Shown: positions 51,632-62,154, counted from the stretch's first letter. The stretch is 64,000 nucleotides of DNA from Pseudomonadales bacterium (GCA_024234165.1 JACKOP010000001.1:213707-277706); one strand, 5' to 3'. The notes: generated from the sequence alone by a model not told the origin. Program-made: numbers and translations.

Positions 51632-52477
51632 ATGGAAGGCCTGTACCTGGTAATCGTATTTTTTGCGCTGGTTCTGATCACCATTTCCAAGGGGGCACGG
51701 ATCGTTCCGCAAGGCAGCAAATGGGTGGTGCAACGCCTTGGCAAGTACCACTGCACCCTGAACCCGGGACTCAGCATCATCGTGCCTTTCGTCGACGTGG
51801 TCGCCTACCGCGTCACCACCAAGGATATCGTGCTCGACGTGCCGTCGCAGGACGTGATCACGCGCGACAACGTCGTGATCGTCGTGAACGCGGTCGCCTA
51901 TATCAACATCGTGCAACCCGAGCGGGCCGTCTACGGCGTCGAGGACTTCCGCATCGCAATCCAGAATCTGGTACAGACCTCGCTGCGGTCCATCATCGGC
52001 GAGATGGACCTCGACGATGCACTGTCTTCGCGTGACCAGATCAAGGCGCGACTCAAGGAAGCGATCTCCGACGATATCGCCGACTGGGGCATCACGTTGA
52101 AAACGGTGGAGATCCAGGACATCAACCCGTCGCAGCGGATGCAGACCGCGATGGAGGAACAGGCCGCAGCCGAACGCCAGCGCCGCGCCACGGTCTCGCG
52201 TGCGGAAGGCAGCAAGACGGCAGCAATTCTGGAGGCTGAAGGCCGGCTGGAAGCATCGCGACGCGATGCGGACGCGCAGGTGTTGCTTGCCCAGGCCAGC
52301 CAGCGTGCGATCGAACTGGTCACCGAGGCGGTCAAGGACAACGAGCTGCCTGCGATGTTCCTGCTCGGCGAGCGCTACATCAATTCGATACGCGAGATGG
52401 CAGGTTCGCAGAACGGCAAACTGGTGCTGCTTCCGGCCGACCTGCCAGCCGCAATCCGCGGCATGCTGGGCAAGTAG
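51632..52477 (+). CDS. SPFH/band-7 (stomatin-like, QmcA/YbbK-type) protein
   Basis: The start is ATG 51632, after GGAGG. The sequence reads MEGLYLVIVFFALVLITISKGARIVPQGSKWVVQRLGKY...VITRDNVVIVVNAVAY...IGEMDLDDALSSRD. Confidence 0.9.
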   Translation: MEGLYLVIVFFALVLITISKGARIVPQGSKWVVQRLGKYHCTLNPGLSIIVPFVDVVAYRVTTKDIVLDVPSQDVITRDNVVIVVNAVAYINIVQPERAVYGVEDFRIAIQNLVQTSLRSIIGEMDLDDALSSRDQIKARLKEAISDDIADWGITLKTVEIQDINPSQRMQTAMEEQAAAERQRRATVSRAEGSKTAAILEAEGRLEASRRDADAQVLLAQASQRAIELVTEAVKDNELPAMFLLGERYINSIREMAGSQNGKLVLLPADLPAAIRGMLGK

Positions 52478-52509
52478 GCATTCGCGTCGATCGAGCGCGG
52501 ACGCGACTC

Positions 52510-53670
52510 TCAGTACACCGCCCCGGCGCCGCGCAGCGCCTCGATCTGCCGTGCGTCGTAGCCGATTGCCGCCAGGATCGCGTCGGTGTCGGCACCGATG
52601 CGCACTGCCGTCGCCGGTGTGGCCGGCACCGTGCGACTGAAGCGTGGTGCCGGCGCAGGCTGCCATATCCCGTCGTTCTCGAAGAAACCGGCACGCGCCA
52701 CGGCGTGAGAATGCGTTGCCACTTCGCCCAACGCCAGCACCGGTGCAAAGCAGACGTCGCTACCCTCCATGATCGCGCACCATTCGTCCCGCGTGCGGGA
52801 ACGGAAGACCGCGGCGAAGCGCTCCTTCAGCGCATCCCAGCGCCGTGCGTCGTGCTGGTGTGGCAACTGCTCATCCGCAAGACCGAGCTTCTCCAGCAAC
52901 TGTGCATAGAACTGTGGTTCGATCGAACCGATCGAAACGTACTTGCCATCCTTGGTCTCGTAGACGCCGTAGAAATGCGAACCCCCGTCGAGCATGTTGC
53001 TGCCGCGCTCGTCGCGCCAGAATCCGGACTGGAATGCACCGTACATCATCGTCATCAGCGCCGATGCGCCATCGACCATCGCCGCATCGACTACCTGCCC
53101 CTTGCCGGAAGACTGCGCCTCGAGGATCGCGCAAACGATGCCATAGGCGAGCAGCAGCCCTCCGCCACCAAAATCACCGATCAGGTTCAGCGGCACCACT
53201 GGCTTGCCACCCTTCTCGCCGATTGCATGCAACGCACCGGTGAGGGCGATGTAGTTCAGATCGTGACCCGCCGCATGTGCCAGCGGTCCATCCTGGCCCC
53301 AACCGGTCATGCGTCCGTACACGAGCCGCGGATTGCGCTGCAGGCACACATCGGGCCCCAGCCCGAGCTTTTCCATTACGCCCGGCCGGTTGCCCTCGAG
53401 CATTGCATCGGCCTCGTCGATCAGGCGCAGCACCACATCGACGGCTTGCGGATCCTTGAGGTTCAGCGCGATGCAGCGCTTGCCACGATTGCCGAAATCG
53501 AGCTTTTCGTTCTCGGCCATGCTGAGCATGCCGCTTGATGGTCTGGAAACGCGGATCACGTCTGCACCCATATCGGCCAACATCATCGCGGCGAAAGGTC
53601 CCGGACCGATGCCTGCGATCTCGACGATTTTTCTGCCGTGCAATGGACCCACGAAGACACCTCTCTGCAC
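52510..53670 (-). CDS. Family III CoA-transferase (alpha-methylacyl-CoA racemase-like)
   Basis: Track ORF of 386 aa. The sequence reads GPLHGRKIVEIAGIGPGPFAAMMLADMGADVIRVSRP...MTGWGQDGPLAHAAGHDLNYIALTG. Confidence 0.85.
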   Translation of the reverse strand: MQRGVFVGPLHGRKIVEIAGIGPGPFAAMMLADMGADVIRVSRPSSGMLSMAENEKLDFGNRGKRCIALNLKDPQAVDVVLRLIDEADAMLEGNRPGVMEKLGLGPDVCLQRNPRLVYGRMTGWGQDGPLAHAAGHDLNYIALTGALHAIGEKGGKPVVPLNLIGDFGGGGLLLAYGIVCAILEAQSSGKGQVVDAAMVDGASALMTMMYGAFQSGFWRDERGSNMLDGGSHFYGVYETKDGKYVSIGSIEPQFYAQLLEKLGLADEQLPHQHDARRWDALKERFAAVFRSRTRDEWCAIMEGSDVCFAPVLALGEVATHSHAVARAGFFENDGIWQPAPAPRFSRTVPATPATAVRIGADTDAILAAIGYDARQIEALRGAGAVY

Positions 53671-53693
53671 ACGTTGACGGGGAGCGCGCGAGT

Positions 53694-54356
53694 CTACCTT
53701 CCGCGGCGTTCATCTGCCAGACGCCGCTCGGCCAGTGCGAGCTCCTCCGGGGTGTTGATGTTGAAGAACGGATCTTCATCGCTCGCCGACCAGTCGACAC
53801 ACACGTGGGGCAGTCCCCGCAGGAACGCACCCACGCCTCGCTGCGCACCTTCGAGCAGTGCCGTGCGCAAGCGCGTCGCAACGACAACCGACCACAACGC
53901 AAATACGGGCTGCATTCGACCGTCGGCTGCAGCCACTGCCACCGGCGCTCCGCACCGCTCCGCTTCCATCAGCAACCGCGACACCAGGTTCCGCGGGAAC
54001 CAGGGTGAATCACAAGGGAAGCTTGCCATCCAGCACAGATCCGGACGGTGTTCGCGCAGGAATTCGAGCCCTGCCAGAACGCCTGCGAGTGGACCCGGGT
54101 AGCCGGGAACCGGATCAGGGAGAACCGTCGCGGCGGGCACCGGCAGCCCGCCGGGATCATCGTTGTAATTCAGCAGCAGCACACCAACCTGCCCTGCGGC
54201 ACGCTCCCACACGCATTCGAGCAGCGTGCGATCCCCGAGGCGACGCAGGCTCTTGCCGCCCTCACCCATGCGACTGCCACGCCCGCCGGCAAGCACGATA
54301 CCCGCCACTCGTCTGCCTTCGTCCATCATCGACACTCCCGAAGCCGCGTGTGCCAT
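53694..54356 (-). CDS. mobA: Molybdenum cofactor guanylyltransferase MobA
   Basis: The track ORF extends to 54506. The likely start is ATG 54356 or one of the MM codons about 27 nt downstream. Motifs: AGIVLAGGRGSRMG, GPLAGVLAGL, FPCDSPWFP. Confidence 0.8.
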   Translation of the reverse strand: MAHAASGVSMMDEGRRVAGIVLAGGRGSRMGEGGKSLRRLGDRTLLECVWERAAGQVGVLLLNYNDDPGGLPVPAATVLPDPVPGYPGPLAGVLAGLEFLREHRPDLCWMASFPCDSPWFPRNLVSRLLMEAERCGAPVAVAAADGRMQPVFALWSVVVATRLRTALLEGAQRGVGAFLRGLPHVCVDWSASDEDPFFNINTPEELALAERRLADERRGR

Positions 54357-54466
54357 CTTCCTGCACCCGTAGCGCCGCACGCACGACACGAGCAATTTCT
54401 CAGACGCGTTGACTTCCACTGGACGTGCGCGTTCAACTGGGCACGATTTCCAGGGAGGGAGATCCC

Positions 54467-54682
54467 ATGCGCCAGACCCTGTTGATATTCGCCACGATCC
54501 TGGCATTGGCGCCAGCTTCCGGCATGTGTGCAGGCACTACCCGTGACGACTGTGCCCGCCTGGAGCGCCAGCGCGAGCAGATCGTGCAGCAACTGCGCCG
54601 ACCACACTCGGTCAGCCAGGCGAACCGTCTGCACGCACGTCTGCGCGAAGTGCGCTCACGCATTGCACACGGTTGCCGTTAG
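54467..54682 (+). CDS. Small secreted hypothetical protein (71 aa)
   Basis: ATG 54467 follows GGGAGGGA. The signal peptide is MRQTLLIFATILALAPASGMCAG. The rest is a helical, Arg-rich body containing three Cys. Confidence 0.5.
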   Translation: MRQTLLIFATILALAPASGMCAGTTRDDCARLERQREQIVQQLRRPHSVSQANRLHARLREVRSRIAHGCR

Positions 54683-54687
54683 TCGCT

Positions 54688-55779
54688 TCAGCGCGTGAGT
54701 CGACCCGGCTCCGACAACCCGTCCAGAGCCTGCTCGACACCGCGTCGGACCGTGCCCTCGATCGCGAGACCGAGCCGCTCGCCAATGGCGCGGCGCTCCA
54801 CATAGCGCAGCTCCAGCACGTCGGATTCGCGTGCGGCGTCCTGCAACAGGGCATCACTGGTTCCCAGCGTATCGACCAGACCAAGGCCCTGCGCGCGTTC
54901 GCCGAACCAGACCTCGCCGGTGGCCACTGCGGCAACGTCGAGCCCCGGACGATAGCGCTGCACGAATTCGCGGAACAACGCGTGAGTGTCTTCGAGCTCC
55001 TCGGCGAACTTCTGCCGGGCGGTGTCGGTATTGCGGCCAAATACGGTCAACGTGCGCTTGTACTGTCCGGCGGTGAGCAATTCGTAATCGATGTCGTGTT
55101 TCTTCAGCAGACGGTGGAAATTCGGTATCTGTGCAAGCACACCAATGCTCCCCACCATGGCAAACGGGGCGGCCACGATGCGATCGGCAACACAGGCCAT
55201 CAGGTAGCCACCACTTGCAGCCACCTTGTCCACGCATACGGTGAGCGGGATGCCGCGCTCGCGGATGCGCGTCAGCTGGGCAGCCGCAAGGCCATACGCA
55301 TGGACCATGCCGCCGCTGCTCTCCAGGCGCACCACGACACTGTCCTCGGGCTCCGCGAGTGTCAGCAACGCACTGATCTCCTCGCGCAGGTTGCGCACCG
55401 CGTGAGCTCGGATGTCACCGTGAAAACCGAGCACGAACACACGCCGTGGCGTCTTGTCGGCCGCAGCACCCGTCGCCGCGGCATCAGCAGTCGTGATGTC
55501 CGTGGCAGCGCGCCCACGGCGCGCCTTTCCCGCCTTGCGTTCGGCCTTGCGCCAGCGCTTGTATTCGCGCTCATCGAGCGCTGCGGCATGCAGCGCATCG
55601 CGCATCGCATCGAAGCGATGATTGAGCTTGCGAACCTCGATATGACCGTCCTCGCCGCGACCGCGGGCGCGCACGACGGCTCCGGCCACACCGAGTGCTG
55701 CGATCAGAACCGCGACCAGGACGGTCAGCGTCTTGGCCAGAAACAGACCGTATTCCGTCATGAACTCCCACACATGCAT
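54688..55779 (-). CDS. sohB: Inner-membrane S49-family peptidase SohB
   Basis: Track ORF of 363 aa. The N-terminus TEYGLFLAKTLTVLVAVLIA resembles E. coli SohB. The S49 core reads VVVRLESSGGMVHAYG...VDKVAASGGYLMAC. Confidence 0.85.
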   Translation of the reverse strand: MHVWEFMTEYGLFLAKTLTVLVAVLIAALGVAGAVVRARGRGEDGHIEVRKLNHRFDAMRDALHAAALDEREYKRWRKAERKAGKARRGRAATDITTADAAATGAAADKTPRRVFVLGFHGDIRAHAVRNLREEISALLTLAEPEDSVVVRLESSGGMVHAYGLAAAQLTRIRERGIPLTVCVDKVAASGGYLMACVADRIVAAPFAMVGSIGVLAQIPNFHRLLKKHDIDYELLTAGQYKRTLTVFGRNTDTARQKFAEELEDTHALFREFVQRYRPGLDVAAVATGEVWFGERAQGLGLVDTLGTSDALLQDAARESDVLELRYVERRAIGERLGLAIEGTVRRGVEQALDGLSEPGRLTR

Positions 55780-55806
55780 CGCCTCGTGATCATGGCGCGC
55801 GGCAGC

Positions 55807-57474
55807 CTAGCACATACCGCCACCTGCTACCGCGATCGGCGCTGCATGGTCACGGTGCAGCGAGGGCACACGCGCCAGCTCGAGGATCCTGCGATCGGGT
55901 ACATCCCCCGCCTGCAGCGATGCGATGCAATATTCGAGTGCGATCAGAACGTCCGCGAGGTGCTCGCCGGTTGCCGCGTCGTGCGCGCCCAGCCCGGCAG
56001 CAGGCTCACCGAGCAAATCGCACGCCCGCTCCGCGATCGACGCCACGTCCGGCTCGGCAAGCATTCGCAACGCGCCCCGCACCTGCTCGAACCCCTGGCG
56101 CACGCTTGCCGGTGGACGGTCTGCACCGCCGGCATCGACGACGGCAGCGAGTTCGCGCTTGGCGGATTCGAGGTGTTCGCGAATCTGCGCCAGCGTCATG
56201 CTGCGTGCCTGTGCCAGCGTATCACCGGTGAATGCGGCCGCGACCGACGCATTCCCGATCCCCCGTGCGCGCGCGAAGTCGTCCAATGCAACCTCTGCCT
56301 CGACCACCGCATCGGCCATGCGCTGCAGCTCCTCGACGGACGCTTCGACACCCGTCCCGATGCAGTGCTCGATCTGCACGGACTGCAGTTCCAGACGCGT
56401 GGCCACCTCTGCGAGACCGCCTGCCGTCAGTGCCTGCACCGCACGCTGCAGAGCTGCGTTCACCTCTGCCAGAACTTCCGTGCCGGCCCCGGATCCGGGC
56501 GTCGTGGCATCGAGTGCACGGCGTACCCTGCGGAACTCCTCATGTACTGCAGCGATCGTTGCAGCAGCGTCGTCGTCCGGCACTCCGAGCAGTCGCCGGC
56601 GCTCGCGCGCGAGCGTTGCATCATCCGGCAGTATCGACACGAGATGCGCCAGACTGCGAATTTCGTCGACACGCTGACCACCGTCGATGCGTGTCACCAG
56701 CGACAGCAGCACACTGCGCTGCTCCGGATGAAGCGCCGCTCCACGCTGCGTCGGGTCACGCGTCCACGCACGCAGCCAGCCATCTCCGGTGCGCAGTACG
56801 CGGATGCGCTCCGGCGTTGCTCGCAAGGCACCGTTCGCAAAGCCTTCGAGCACACCACCGAGCAGCCACCAGCGCTCACCTGCCTCACTGCCGCCCGCAA
56901 GCTCCAGCATGCGGTCGCTCGCACGCCGCATCATGTGTACATGTACCGGATCGAAACGCCCGCGCACGACTGCCAGCAGTCCGAGTTGATACAGATGGCG
57001 CAAGCGTCGTGGCAGCTCCGCATCCGGCTGTGCCGACGGCTCGCGCGCCGGGCAGTGGCAGCCAGGCAGGCCCAGGGCCGGCAAGAAGCTTGCATCCGAC
57101 AGCGGCTCGAGTCGGCCTGCCATGCGCAGCGCGTCATGCTCCGGACGCAGCAACTCGGGGCGTGGTTCACGCCGTGTACAGACGTATGCGGGATAGCGCA
57201 TCAGAACCTGAAATGCTGCCTCGAGCAGGTTCTCGTGCCCAGGGGCAATCCGTTCCTCACCGAGGGTCAGCCCCATATCACGGGCAAGCTGCGCCGCATC
57301 GTGCAGTTCCAGCATGCGCAGCACGCCGTCGGCCTGACGCAGCAGCGTTGCGCACTGCTCACGCGCATCCGCATCATCCTGCCAGGAGCGCCGGCAACAC
57401 TCGTACGCCGTATCGATCAGACGTTCGAGTTCCGGGCGCGCAATCTCCAGCGACGCGATGCTGACTCGGGACAC
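55807..57474 (-). CDS. FimL/ChpA-N-terminal-like scaffold protein (degenerate Hpt-type helical repeats)
   Basis: The track ORF extension to 57750 overlaps dnaQ. I prefer GTG 57474, 6 nt after GGAGGT (VSRVSIASLEIARPELERLIDTAYECC...LRQADGVLRMLELHDAAQLARDM). The protein is all-helical with repeated L-x-x-V-x-G-A-L-R-M-L-type motifs. fimL lies near dnaQ/rnhA in Pseudomonas aeruginosa. Confidence 0.5.
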   Translation of the reverse strand: MSRVSIASLEIARPELERLIDTAYECCRRSWQDDADAREQCATLLRQADGVLRMLELHDAAQLARDMGLTLGEERIAPGHENLLEAAFQVLMRYPAYVCTRREPRPELLRPEHDALRMAGRLEPLSDASFLPALGLPGCHCPAREPSAQPDAELPRRLRHLYQLGLLAVVRGRFDPVHVHMMRRASDRMLELAGGSEAGERWWLLGGVLEGFANGALRATPERIRVLRTGDGWLRAWTRDPTQRGAALHPEQRSVLLSLVTRIDGGQRVDEIRSLAHLVSILPDDATLARERRRLLGVPDDDAAATIAAVHEEFRRVRRALDATTPGSGAGTEVLAEVNAALQRAVQALTAGGLAEVATRLELQSVQIEHCIGTGVEASVEELQRMADAVVEAEVALDDFARARGIGNASVAAAFTGDTLAQARSMTLAQIREHLESAKRELAAVVDAGGADRPPASVRQGFEQVRGALRMLAEPDVASIAERACDLLGEPAAGLGAHDAATGEHLADVLIALEYCIASLQAGDVPDRRILELARVPSLHRDHAAPIAVAGGGMC

Positions 57475-57568
57475 CGGGGGACCTCCGTGGACGATGCGCG
57501 AGGCGCGCTGCAGACCCTGTTCCGCGATGCGCCGTTGCCCGATCCAGTATAGACGCCCACAGCAACCA

Positions 57569-58282
57569 TCACTCCTGCCAGAGGCACTTGCCTCCACTCG
57601 CCTTGGCGATCTCCTGCAGGCGCTGGTGGTGTGCCGCGACTTCCTCGGCATTGGCCGCCAGCACACGCATGCGCGGCCGCCCCGCCGACAGACGACGTAT
57701 CTGTGCCACTTGCGTGCTCCCGTCCACCAGGGTCTGTGCATCACCACCAAGCTCGAGTGCGGTCTGTCCTCCCGTCATGCCGAGGTAGACGTCGGCAAGG
57801 ATCTCCGCATCGAGCAATGCACCGTGCAGTTCACGCTGCGAGTTGTCGACGAAGTAACGCTTGCACAGCGCATCGAGACTGTTGCGTTGGCCCGGATGGC
57901 GCGCACGCGCCAGCACCAGCGTGTCGGTATGCGTGCAGTAATCCGCCATGCGCCCACGGTCTTCACCGAGCGACGCGAGTTCGGCGTCGAGAAATGCGAG
58001 ATCGAACGGGGCGTTATGGATGATCAGCTCTGCACCACGCACGAAGGCCAGAAACTCGTCTGCCACCTGGGCGAATGCCGGCTTGTCCGCGAGGAACACA
58101 TCGGTCAGTCCGTGCACCTCGACAGCGCCCTCGTCCACCGGACGGCCCGGGTTGAGATAGCAGTGAAATCGCCTTCCGGTGAGACGCCGGTCCAGCATCT
58201 CGACGCAACCGATCTCCACCACACGATGCCCCTGCGCTGGTTCGAGCCCCGTCGTTTCGGTATCGAGGACGATCTGACGCAT
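57569..58282 (-). CDS. dnaQ: DNA polymerase III epsilon subunit (3'-5' proofreading exonuclease)
   Basis: Track ORF of 237 aa. Exo I is VLDTETTGL, Exo II is IIHNAPFDLAFL and Exo III is HGALLDAEILADVY. Confidence 0.93.
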   Translation of the reverse strand: MRQIVLDTETTGLEPAQGHRVVEIGCVEMLDRRLTGRRFHCYLNPGRPVDEGAVEVHGLTDVFLADKPAFAQVADEFLAFVRGAELIIHNAPFDLAFLDAELASLGEDRGRMADYCTHTDTLVLARARHPGQRNSLDALCKRYFVDNSQRELHGALLDAEILADVYLGMTGGQTALELGGDAQTLVDGSTQVAQIRRLSAGRPRMRVLAANAEEVAAHHQRLQEIAKASGGKCLWQE

Positions 58283-58284
58283 CG

Positions 58285-58737
58285 CTATGCTCTCCCCTTG
58301 TCGAACGCGAGTTCATCGATACCCCGATTGGCGAGACGGTCTGCGCGCTCGTTGCCGTCGTGACCGCTATGGCCCCGCACCCAGTGCCAACGCACCTGGT
58401 GGCGCGCCGCCTCTCGCTCCAGTGCCTGCCAGAGTTCGACGTTCTTCACCGGCTTGCGGTCGGCGGTGCGCCAACCGCGACGCTTCCAGTTCGCCATCCA
58501 CCGGGTCACACCGTCGCGCAGGTATTGGGAATCGGTGTACAGGTCGACATCGCACGGCTCGCGCAGCGCGCCCAGTGCGCGAATCGCTGCAGTCAGTTCC
58601 ATCCGGTTGTTCGTGGTGAGCACTTCCCCGCCGTACAATTCCCGCTCGCTCTCACCGTAGCGCAGCAGCGCCCCCCAGCCACCCGGACCCGGATTGCCGC
58701 GACACGCACCGTCGGTGAACACTTCGACCTGCTTCAT
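58285..58737 (-). CDS. rnhA: Ribonuclease HI
   Basis: Track ORF of 150 aa. The sequence reads [25 protein letters not shown]...[11 protein letters not shown]...DSQYL...[17 protein letters not shown]. Confidence 0.95.
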   Translation of the reverse strand: MKQVEVFTDGACRGNPGPGGWGALLRYGESERELYGGEVLTTNNRMELTAAIRALGALREPCDVDLYTDSQYLRDGVTRWMANWKRRGWRTADRKPVKNVELWQALEREAARHQVRWHWVRGHSGHDGNERADRLANRGIDELAFDKGRA

Positions 58738-58748
58738 CCGGTACGGGT

Positions 58749-59510
58749 TCAGTGCAAGGTCGTGTCACGCACGCTCGGTGAGGCGAGCGGCAGCGCAGCG
58801 AGTCGCGGGCGGATCACCCGGCGCACAGGACGCACCGGCGTCAGCGAGCCGAGTTGTTTGCGAGCATGAATCATGTAGATCGCGCCCGCCGGGAGCTCCA
58901 GACGAGCGGCCAGACGATCGGCGCCAGCGAGTCGGGCCAGTGTAGGTGCGTGGTCGAACGGAGGTATGTGCATCCGATACTGCACATCCTCGACTGCGAA
59001 GCCGAGCAGTGCGAGCCAGTCCTTCACGCGCCGCACCGCGAGCGTCGCTCCGTGCCAGACCGGCCGTGCCGCAACCCGACGTGCGAGCCCCGCACGCAAG
59101 CCGAACAGACTCCACGGATTGAAGCCGAGCACGAGCAGGTGCCCGTGCGGCACCACTACCCGTGCCGTCTCGCGCAATAACTGGTGCGGCTGCGCGCTGT
59201 ATTCGAGTACATGGTGCAGCAGCGCCACATCGACACTATCAGCGTCGATGGGGAGTCGCTCCAGTTCGGCACAGGCGCTGACTGCACGCGCTGCAGGCGA
59301 GCGTGCGAGCACAAAGCGATGACGGATCATGCTGCTGTCACAGAGTCGCAATCGATCACTGATGCCGAGTTGCATCAAGTGGAAACCGTACAGTTGCGGC
59401 AGGCGCACATCCAGAAGCTCGCGTTCCGTGGCGAGCACACGCGCGCCGAGCGCACTGTCGAACCAGTCGGCGAGGAGGGCATTCTCGTCGTCACGCTGTT
59501 CTTCTGGCAT
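58749..59510 (-). CDS. Class I SAM-dependent methyltransferase (type-11 domain; conserved rnhA/gloB neighbour)
   Basis: Track ORF of 253 aa. The segment [41 protein letters not shown], and the position between rnhA and gloB, match the conserved gammaproteobacterial gene. Confidence 0.7.
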   Translation of the reverse strand: MPEEQRDDENALLADWFDSALGARVLATERELLDVRLPQLYGFHLMQLGISDRLRLCDSSMIRHRFVLARSPAARAVSACAELERLPIDADSVDVALLHHVLEYSAQPHQLLRETARVVVPHGHLLVLGFNPWSLFGLRAGLARRVAARPVWHGATLAVRRVKDWLALLGFAVEDVQYRMHIPPFDHAPTLARLAGADRLAARLELPAGAIYMIHARKQLGSLTPVRPVRRVIRPRLAALPLASPSVRDTTLH

Positions 59511-59613
59511 TGGCGATCCGGCCTGCGTGATCCATGTGGAACCGTGAATCCGGGTTGGTAATACGGGACAGGCACTATATCATGCCCGGCCCGGACCCCG
59601 GATTCATGCCGCC

Positions 59614-60402
59614 ATGCTCGCAGCACATCCGTTGCCGGCGTTTGCCGACAACTACATCTGGCTGATCGAAGACGGACACGGTCGCGCCGTCATCGTCGAT
59701 CCCGGCGACGCCGCTCCGGCGATTGCCGCACTGCAGGAACGCCATCTCGCACTTGCGGCGATTCTCGTGACACACCACCACGCCGATCATGTTGGTGGGG
59801 TCGACGATTTGCGCTCCTGCTATGCGAACGTCCCGGTCTACGGTCCTCGCGAATCTCCCGCGACGTGCGTGACCGGACCACTCGGAGATGGTGCCACGAT
59901 CGACGTGCTCGGCTCGCCAGCGACGGTGATCACCGTGCCAGGACATACGCTCGATCACATCGCGTACTTCATTCCCGGCAATGCGACGATGGCACCGCTG
60001 CTGTTCTGCGGCGACGCCCTGTTCGCCTGCGGCTGCGGGCGGATCTTCGAAGGCGACGCCCGCATGATGTACGCATCCCTGCAACGTCTGGCGGCGCTTC
60101 CGGCAGATTCTCGCGTGTTCTGTGCGCACGAGTACACGCTGGGCAACATCGACTTCGCGCTTGCCGTGGAGCCCGACAACGCACGACTGCAAAATCGCAG
60201 CGAAACAGACCGCGCCGCACGCGCTCGCGGTGAACCCACCGTACCCTCCACACTCGCGCTCGAGCTTGCGACCAACCCGTTCCTGCGCGCCCACACGGCA
60301 GGGGTGCGTGGTGCCGCAGCCACACACGCCGGTCGGGAACTCACGGGCGATCCGGATGTCTTTGCAGTGATCCGTTCCTGGAAGGACGTATTTCGCGGAT
60401 GA
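59614..60402 (+). CDS. gloB: Hydroxyacylglutathione hydrolase (glyoxalase II)
   Basis: Track ORF of 262 aa. The sequence reads FADNYIWLIED...ILVTHHHADHVGG...PGHTLDHIAY...FCGDALFACGCGRIFEG...CAHEYT. Confidence 0.93.
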   Translation: MLAAHPLPAFADNYIWLIEDGHGRAVIVDPGDAAPAIAALQERHLALAAILVTHHHADHVGGVDDLRSCYANVPVYGPRESPATCVTGPLGDGATIDVLGSPATVITVPGHTLDHIAYFIPGNATMAPLLFCGDALFACGCGRIFEGDARMMYASLQRLAALPADSRVFCAHEYTLGNIDFALAVEPDNARLQNRSETDRAARARGEPTVPSTLALELATNPFLRAHTAGVRGAAATHAGRELTGDPDVFAVIRSWKDVFRG

Positions 60403-62057
60403 TCCAGACCCGTCTGGTCGTAGCCCGCCACTTGCGGCGGCTGCTTCCCATCGCAGTCGCATCGGTGCTGAGCACCGGATGTGCTCAGCGCGTTGCGCTG
60501 CACCTGCCGGGAACCCCGGAAGGCATGCGCGAACGCACCAGCGTCTACGACCAGCTTGGCTATTGGCCGGTACAGGAAGACGCAGCCGACGACGGCATGC
60601 GCTGTGTGCCCGAGTCACTGCTGGGTACCTACGCCGCAGAGGCACAGGGAGACCGGGATCTCTGGGCACGCGTGCGAGCGGGTTACGGACTCGGCGGTGA
60701 TGTCGACAACGGACGCATCGATCTTTACATCGATTCCTTCGCGTACCGGCAGCGATTGTTCGACCATCTGGAAGCGCGCGCTTCCCCGTATCTGCACTAT
60801 GTGGTCGGCGAACTCGAAAAACGCAACATGCCGCTCGAAATCGCGCTGCTGCCGGTGATCGAGAGCGGCTATAACCCGAATGCCGTCAGCCCCGGCCGAG
60901 CGGCAGGACTGTGGCAGATCACACCAGGCACCGGTGCGCGCCTCGGCCTGCAGCAAAGTGGTCACTACGACGGGCGCAAGGATGTGGTCGCGTCGACGGA
61001 CGCCGCTCTCGACTATCTCGAAGAACTGCACAAGCGCTTCGACGGTGACTGGTATCTCGCGCTGGCCGCCTACAACACCGGCGAGGGCAACGTGCAACGT
61101 GCGATCGAGCGCAACCGTCGTCTCGGCAAACCCACCGACTACTGGTCCCTGCCGCTATCGGCGCAAGCGTGCAATTACGTGCCACAACTGATCGCGTTGT
61201 CGCGTGTGCTCGAATCACCCGAACAACACGGCGTCGCACTGTCCGCACTGCCGGACTCCGCTTCCTGGGTTCCGGTCGAGGTCGGAGCACGGATCGATCT
61301 CAATCGTGTGGCATCGCGTGCCGGCATCGACGCGCAGGAACTGCGCGGTGTCAATCCGGCGTACGGACGCGGCATCACGCCGGCGCAGTCCAGCAACTCC
61401 GTACTGGTTCCGGCTGAGGACCGCGACCGGTTCGTCGCAGCTCTCGCGCACGCACCCGCGAACGCGCCGGCGCAGAGGCAGGGCGAACGCTATCGCGTTC
61501 GCAAGGGCGACACGCTGCTCGCGATCGCCCGTTTGCACAGGACGAGCGTCGATGCGCTGCGTGCAATCAATGGGTCGAACGGCGACGAGCTCAGGGAAGG
61601 CCAGTGGTTGCTGTTGCCGGATGATGCGGTTCTGCCGCGTCGCCAGTTCGCGACCAGCGAGACTCTGGCCCTGAAGGAACAGGGTATCTACACGGTGCGC
61701 GCCGGTGACACGCTGTCGGGCATTGCCAGTCGCTTCGGCGTGCCCACCGCCGAACTGGTGGCGCTGAACCGTATCGACACACGCATGACCTTGCGTGTCG
61801 GACAGAAATTGCGGGTGCGCGGCGGCAACGATCCTGCCGTGGCAGTGGCAGCGGGCGCCTCCTCGACCGCGTCAGCGCAGCGCTACACCGTCCGTGCGGG
61901 CGACTCGATCGCACGTATCGCGACGCGCTTCGGTGTCCGCGTGGCCGACCTGCTCGCGTGGAACCGTATCGATCGGTCGCGCCCGCTGATCCACCCTGGC
62001 CAGATCCTTGTGCTGCATCCGCCAAAACCCGTCGCACGCGTTGCACGCACACGCTGA
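60399..62057 (+). CDS. mltD: Membrane-bound lytic murein transglycosylase D (SLT domain plus three LysM domains)
   Basis: Track ORF of 552 aa. The SLT core reads LLPVIESGYNPNAVSPGRAAGLWQITPGTG. Three LysM repeats are present (YRVRKGDTLLAIA, YTVRAGDTLSGIA, YTVRAGDSIARIA). Confidence 0.9.
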   Translation: MIQTRLVVARHLRRLLPIAVASVLSTGCAQRVALHLPGTPEGMRERTSVYDQLGYWPVQEDAADDGMRCVPESLLGTYAAEAQGDRDLWARVRAGYGLGGDVDNGRIDLYIDSFAYRQRLFDHLEARASPYLHYVVGELEKRNMPLEIALLPVIESGYNPNAVSPGRAAGLWQITPGTGARLGLQQSGHYDGRKDVVASTDAALDYLEELHKRFDGDWYLALAAYNTGEGNVQRAIERNRRLGKPTDYWSLPLSAQACNYVPQLIALSRVLESPEQHGVALSALPDSASWVPVEVGARIDLNRVASRAGIDAQELRGVNPAYGRGITPAQSSNSVLVPAEDRDRFVAALAHAPANAPAQRQGERYRVRKGDTLLAIARLHRTSVDALRAINGSNGDELREGQWLLLPDDAVLPRRQFATSETLALKEQGIYTVRAGDTLSGIASRFGVPTAELVALNRIDTRMTLRVGQKLRVRGGNDPAVAVAAGASSTASAQRYTVRAGDSIARIATRFGVRVADLLAWNRIDRSRPLIHPGQILVLHPPKPVARVARTR

Positions 62058-62154
62058 GCAGTTACACGCGCTCACGCCTCGGCATTGATCTACACTCACG
62101 CAAGCACCGGTGCACAATCGGCAACGAACCCGGATCGAGCGCGGAGACACCAGC

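Noticed and set aside
54673-57552. 959-aa plus-strand ORF
   Set aside because: It is antisense to sohB and the fimL-like gene, and its translation is low-complexity and Arg-rich.
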